A DNA stretch of 64,000 nt, taken from an uncultured bacterium (GTDB lineage Bacteria; Chloroflexota; UBA5177; JANWHV01). The notes beneath the pieces were generated by a model. It worked only from the letters and a program-made list of their open reading frames with translations. It did no database searches and had not been told where the DNA came from. The translations under genes and the position numbers were made by a program. Position 1 is the stretch's first letter, and each line of letters opens with the position of its first letter. Positions 61,015-64,000 of the stretch are shown here, piece by piece. The stretch is taken from the NCBI GenBank assembly GCA_963729625.1, contig CAVSOU010000011.1:800001-864000 (forward strand), read 5' to 3'.

Positions 61015-63323
61015 CAGGACACCGCGCGCCCGCAGTCGTAGAGCTGCCCGCCGAAGCCCCGACCGCCGAATCCACCAAATCCTCCGAATCCTCGGGGCGC
61101 GCCGCCGGTGTCTGAGCCGAACCCGGGCAGCGGATTCTGCTGAACGCCGTTTGTCTGGCCGGCATTGCCGAAACCGCCGCCTGGAGCGCCGGCAGTGGGG
61201 TCCGTCGGCTGTTGTGACGAGCCGCTGTAGTCACTGGAAGGCACGGCAGTACACGCGCCCTGCACCCACTGGCCAATGTCGTCGTTGCCGCCGACGCCAA
61301 GGAAGTAGCGCACGACATTCTGTCTCACAAGCTGCTGGAGGTCCGCGAGCGTCAGAATCGGATCGCTACCGCCGAAGCCGCCCAGCGACATTACCGGCTT
61401 GCCGGTCTCGATCACGTACGACGCCGCGCTGTTGGAGTCCTGTACCGCCAGCAGGTACGTGGTGCTACCCTGCTGCTTCTCCAGATAGCTCAGCAGCCCG
61501 CTGTTGGCATTCCCGGTGTCGCCGAAGCCAGAACCCCCGCGGCTGCCTCTGCCGGCGCCGCCGAAGCCAAAATCGCTGCCGGCAGAGGGTCCGGCAACTG
61601 GCGTCATGCCCCCTCCGCCCTGCGTCGTCGTATAGACGGACCAGGCGGCAGGCGCGGCGAGCAGAGCCAGCAGGCCCACGGTCGCGGCCAGCGGGGTCCA
61701 GATCCGCACGGCACGGTGCAAGCGTGCCGGGTGGCGAAGCCGTCCGGCGACAAGCACGATCGCGGCGGCGATGGTCGTGGCGACGACAAGCGGGATGAGC
61801 CACCGGCTCCAGTCTGGATATGGCTGCAAAAGGGAAACCTGGGCCGCGGCCGCGATCGGCAGCGCCGCCGGCAACAGCCATCCGCGCCACCCCCGACGGA
61901 TGTAGTCGCGCCACAGCGTTATGCCGCCCACGCCGGCGAGCGCGGCGGCAGCGGGCGCCAGTGTTACCAGGTAGTAGCTATGGAAGAAGCCGGCCACGCT
62001 GAAGAAGGCGCCCGCGGTGAGGAGCCAGGCACCCCAGAGCAGCACGCTCTGCTGCTGCTCGTCCAGGGGCAAGCGGATCCGGCGCCTGCTGGCGGCCGCC
62101 AGGAAACCAATGACCGCCAACGGGAGCAGCCATCCGGCCTGGCCTCCCAGTGACTGGCCGAGCAGGCGGAATGGTCCCGCGGCGCCGTTGTCGAACATGC
62201 CGGCCCCGCCGCCACCGGGGCGTCCATTTCCGCCGTTACCGGAGCGGCTGAAGTCGAAGCTGAAGTCGCGCTGGAAACCGCCCTCGAAGCGAGGAGCAGT
62301 TCCGTCTCCTGCTGACGATTGCCCGCCGATCGAGGCTGCTTCCTGCCGCGACGGCCCGAGGCTGGGCCCGGCACTGGCGCCGGGAATCTGACCCGCGCCG
62401 CCGATTCGATCGGGCCGCTGGAAATTGAATCCCGCGCCGGGACCGCCACGACCACGCACACCGTTCAGGCCAAGGAGGCGGTCGAGTCCGTTGTAGCCGA
62501 GCGCAAGGTCCAGCTCAGAATTGGTGGTTGTGGAGTCTACCCACGGCCGTTGGCTGGCCGGTGTCATATCCACGGCCAGAGCCCAGGAAAGTGATACGGC
62601 TAGCAGCACCACGGCAGCCACGAGCAAATGCCAGATGCGCGTCCACCAGGAACGGTGCGCGCCCAGCAGGTAGGTCACGCCGAAGGCTGGAACTACCAGG
62701 AAGGCCTCCAGCATTTTGACGTTGAAGCCGATGCCCACGAGTAGCGCGCAGAGCAACAGCCATCGCAGGCTGCCCCGCTCTGCCGCCAGAATCGCCGCCC
62801 ATGCGCCGAGGAGCAGGAAGAGCACCAGGATGCTGTCGACGATGTTGCTGCGATTGCTGGCCACCGCGACCGGCGTCACGACCAGCCCCAGGGCCGCCAG
62901 CAAGCCGGCGGCGTGGCCAAAACGCCGATCTACCAGGTAGTAGACCAGCCACACCGACAGCATTCCGGCCAGGGCCGAGGGCAACAGCAGGCTCACGCCG
63001 CTGTAACCGAAGATCTTGGCGCTGATAACCTGGAACCAGAAGCCTACGGGAGGTTTGTCGATAGTGACGAAACCCCCCGGATCGAACGATGCGAAGAAGA
63101 AATTGTGCCAGTTCTGCATCATGCTGCGTACGGCAGCCGCGTAATAGGAGTTGCCGTATCCATAGCGGTCGAGCTGGGCAACATTGAGCCAGGCCGAAAA
63201 CGCCAGAATGGCTGCCAGCACCAGCCGGTACCACGGTATCGTGACCCGGCGCGCACCGGGAACCTCGTCCCCATGCCGGGGAGGGTTCTCCGCGGTGAGA
63301 AGTGTCGTCTCGAGATTGTCCAT
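61014..63323 (-). CDS. Glycosyltransferase family 39 (GT-C, YkcB/YycA-like), paralog
   Basis: Motifs YGNSYYAAAVRSM, IDKPP, GFNVKMLEA, GYNGLDRL, MSLGGFGGSDP. TGATG overlap with the next gene. Confidence 0.94.
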   Translation of the reverse strand: MDNLETTLLTAENPPRHGDEVPGARRVTIPWYRLVLAAILAFSAWLNVAQLDRYGYGNSYYAAAVRSMMQNWHNFFFASFDPGGFVTIDKPPVGFWFQVISAKIFGYSGVSLLLPSALAGMLSVWLVYYLVDRRFGHAAGLLAALGLVVTPVAVASNRSNIVDSILVLFLLLGAWAAILAAERGSLRWLLLCALLVGIGFNVKMLEAFLVVPAFGVTYLLGAHRSWWTRIWHLLVAAVVLLAVSLSWALAVDMTPASQRPWVDSTTTNSELDLALGYNGLDRLLGLNGVRGRGGPGAGFNFQRPDRIGGAGQIPGASAGPSLGPSRQEAASIGGQSSAGDGTAPRFEGGFQRDFSFDFSRSGNGGNGRPGGGGAGMFDNGAAGPFRLLGQSLGGQAGWLLPLAVIGFLAAASRRRIRLPLDEQQQSVLLWGAWLLTAGAFFSVAGFFHSYYLVTLAPAAAALAGVGGITLWRDYIRRGWRGWLLPAALPIAAAAQVSLLQPYPDWSRWLIPLVVATTIAAAIVLVAGRLRHPARLHRAVRIWTPLAATVGLLALLAAPAAWSVYTTTQGGGGMTPVAGPSAGSDFGFGGAGRGSRGGSGFGDTGNANSGLLSYLEKQQGSTTYLLAVQDSNSAASYVIETGKPVMSLGGFGGSDPILTLADLQQLVRQNVVRYFLGVGGNDDIGQWVQGACTAVPSSDYSGSSQQPTDPTAGAPGGGFGNAGQTNGVQQNPLPGFGSDTGGAPRGFGGFGGFGGRGFGGQLYDCGRAVS

Positions 63324-63443
63324 GCTGGTTATCCCCTAGTCATAGAAGCGGCGGGCGGGGCCGTTGGGACGGCCTGCTTCCGCATCAGCGGCTAGTGACG
63401 GCCGGACGCAGACGCGCGTCGGCCGTCACGAATTCCATCTTCC

Positions 63444-63498
63444 AGGCTATGCGAGCGCGATGACGCCCGTGTGATCGGCGAGTGACAACTTCGTGACA
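63444..63498 (-). promoter_or_regulatory. Four 11-bp-phased (T)GTCAC direct repeats and a -10 upstream of the GT39 operon
   Basis: Minus strand: TGTCAC (63498-93), TGTCAC (63487-82), GATCAC (63476-71), CGTCAT (63465-60), then TAGCCT (63449-44). Confidence 0.72.
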
Positions 63499-63677
63499 TG
63501 TTGAGCGCGCTCGCCGCCTGACCCGCTACCGCATCATGCAGGCAGCGACGACGATCCGTGCTGGCTTGGCGCCCCCAGCCCGCGGCTGCGGCCTCATGGC
63601 TGCACCGCTACTGCGATGAAGCCCTCTTGTCGGGAGGCGTGTGGTGCCCGGATCTTCGTCCGCCTCCGCCGTGCGCG

Positions 63678-63953
63678 CTACCGCGCGTCATCGCCGAAGC
63701 GGATCTCGCGCAGGAAGGCCCGGTCGTCCGCTGGCCCCATCCCGGCCGGTCGCGGTGCGATCCCGACCACCGAGCGGAGGGAAGGGCCGTCCGTGGCGCG
63801 CGCGGCGGGCAGAACGAGCAGCGAGCCCCGCGTAGTGCGCGCGAACGCGAGCCGATCGCCGGGCCGGATGCCGGCAGCGCGCAAGGTCTCGGCAGGGATC
63901 ACCGCGCCCGTCTCCGAAACGGTCACCTCGGGGAGAAAGCGCTCGTGTTGCAT
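63678..63953 (-). CDS. AbrB/MazE/SpoVT family DNA-binding protein (antitoxin-like)
   Basis: AGGAGG RBS. VTVSETGAVIPAETLRAAGIRPGDRLAF...GSLLVLP is a swapped-hairpin pattern. Confidence 0.75.
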   Translation of the reverse strand: MQHERFLPEVTVSETGAVIPAETLRAAGIRPGDRLAFARTTRGSLLVLPAARATDGPSLRSVVGIAPRPAGMGPADDRAFLREIRFGDDAR

Positions 63954-64000
63954 GGGATCCTCCTGCTCGCACCGCCAGCCGTGCGCGTCACGTGCGCACC

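Noticed and set aside
1-64000. Prophage, intact IS, integron or tRNA integration site
   Set aside because: No integrase, complete transposase, phage structural gene, attC-like array or tRNA cloverleaf was recognised.

Overview
GC-rich bacterial chromosome segment with no rRNA, tRNA or CRISPR array seen. The gene families suggest a soil Terrabacteria/Chloroflexota-like host, which is inference only. Left to right: the 3' end of a MarR gene overlapped by a transposase-like HTH scrap; a loose catabolic cluster (ornithine cyclodeaminase family, enolase-superfamily dehydratase, DinB, VOC, DapA family, Ldh_2, Gfo/Idh/MocA); a LolD/MacB-type ABC ATPase with a double-FtsX permease; a lipoprotein carrying a His-Me-finger (Endonuclease_NS_2-like) nuclease domain, followed 2 bp later by a SMI1/KNR4 (SUKH) immunity-type gene; divergent TetR/MMPL genes with two clean operators; a PLP D-amino-acid enzyme; an MFS; an adenylation-ACP-acyltransferase fusion; an ORF-free ~190-nt transcription unit that folds like 6S RNA; a ~1690-aa zinc-ribbon polytopic membrane protein; an amidase; a sugar isomerase/kinase/ABC locus with two URO-D-family genes; DUF5680; DHA2 MFS and MarR; an epimerase; a frameshifted 21-repeat Cys-rich BNR beta-propeller gene; a lectin-like gene broken by one TAA; a quinone oxidoreductase; a secreted multidomain protein; two tandem GT39/YkcB-like glycosyltransferases under four 11-bp-phased repeats; and an AbrB-type antitoxin-like gene. 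The best candidates for new biology are the lipoprotein nuclease-SUKH pair, the 6S-like RNA and the double URO-D sugar locus. All family calls come from motif recognition by eye; no searches were run.
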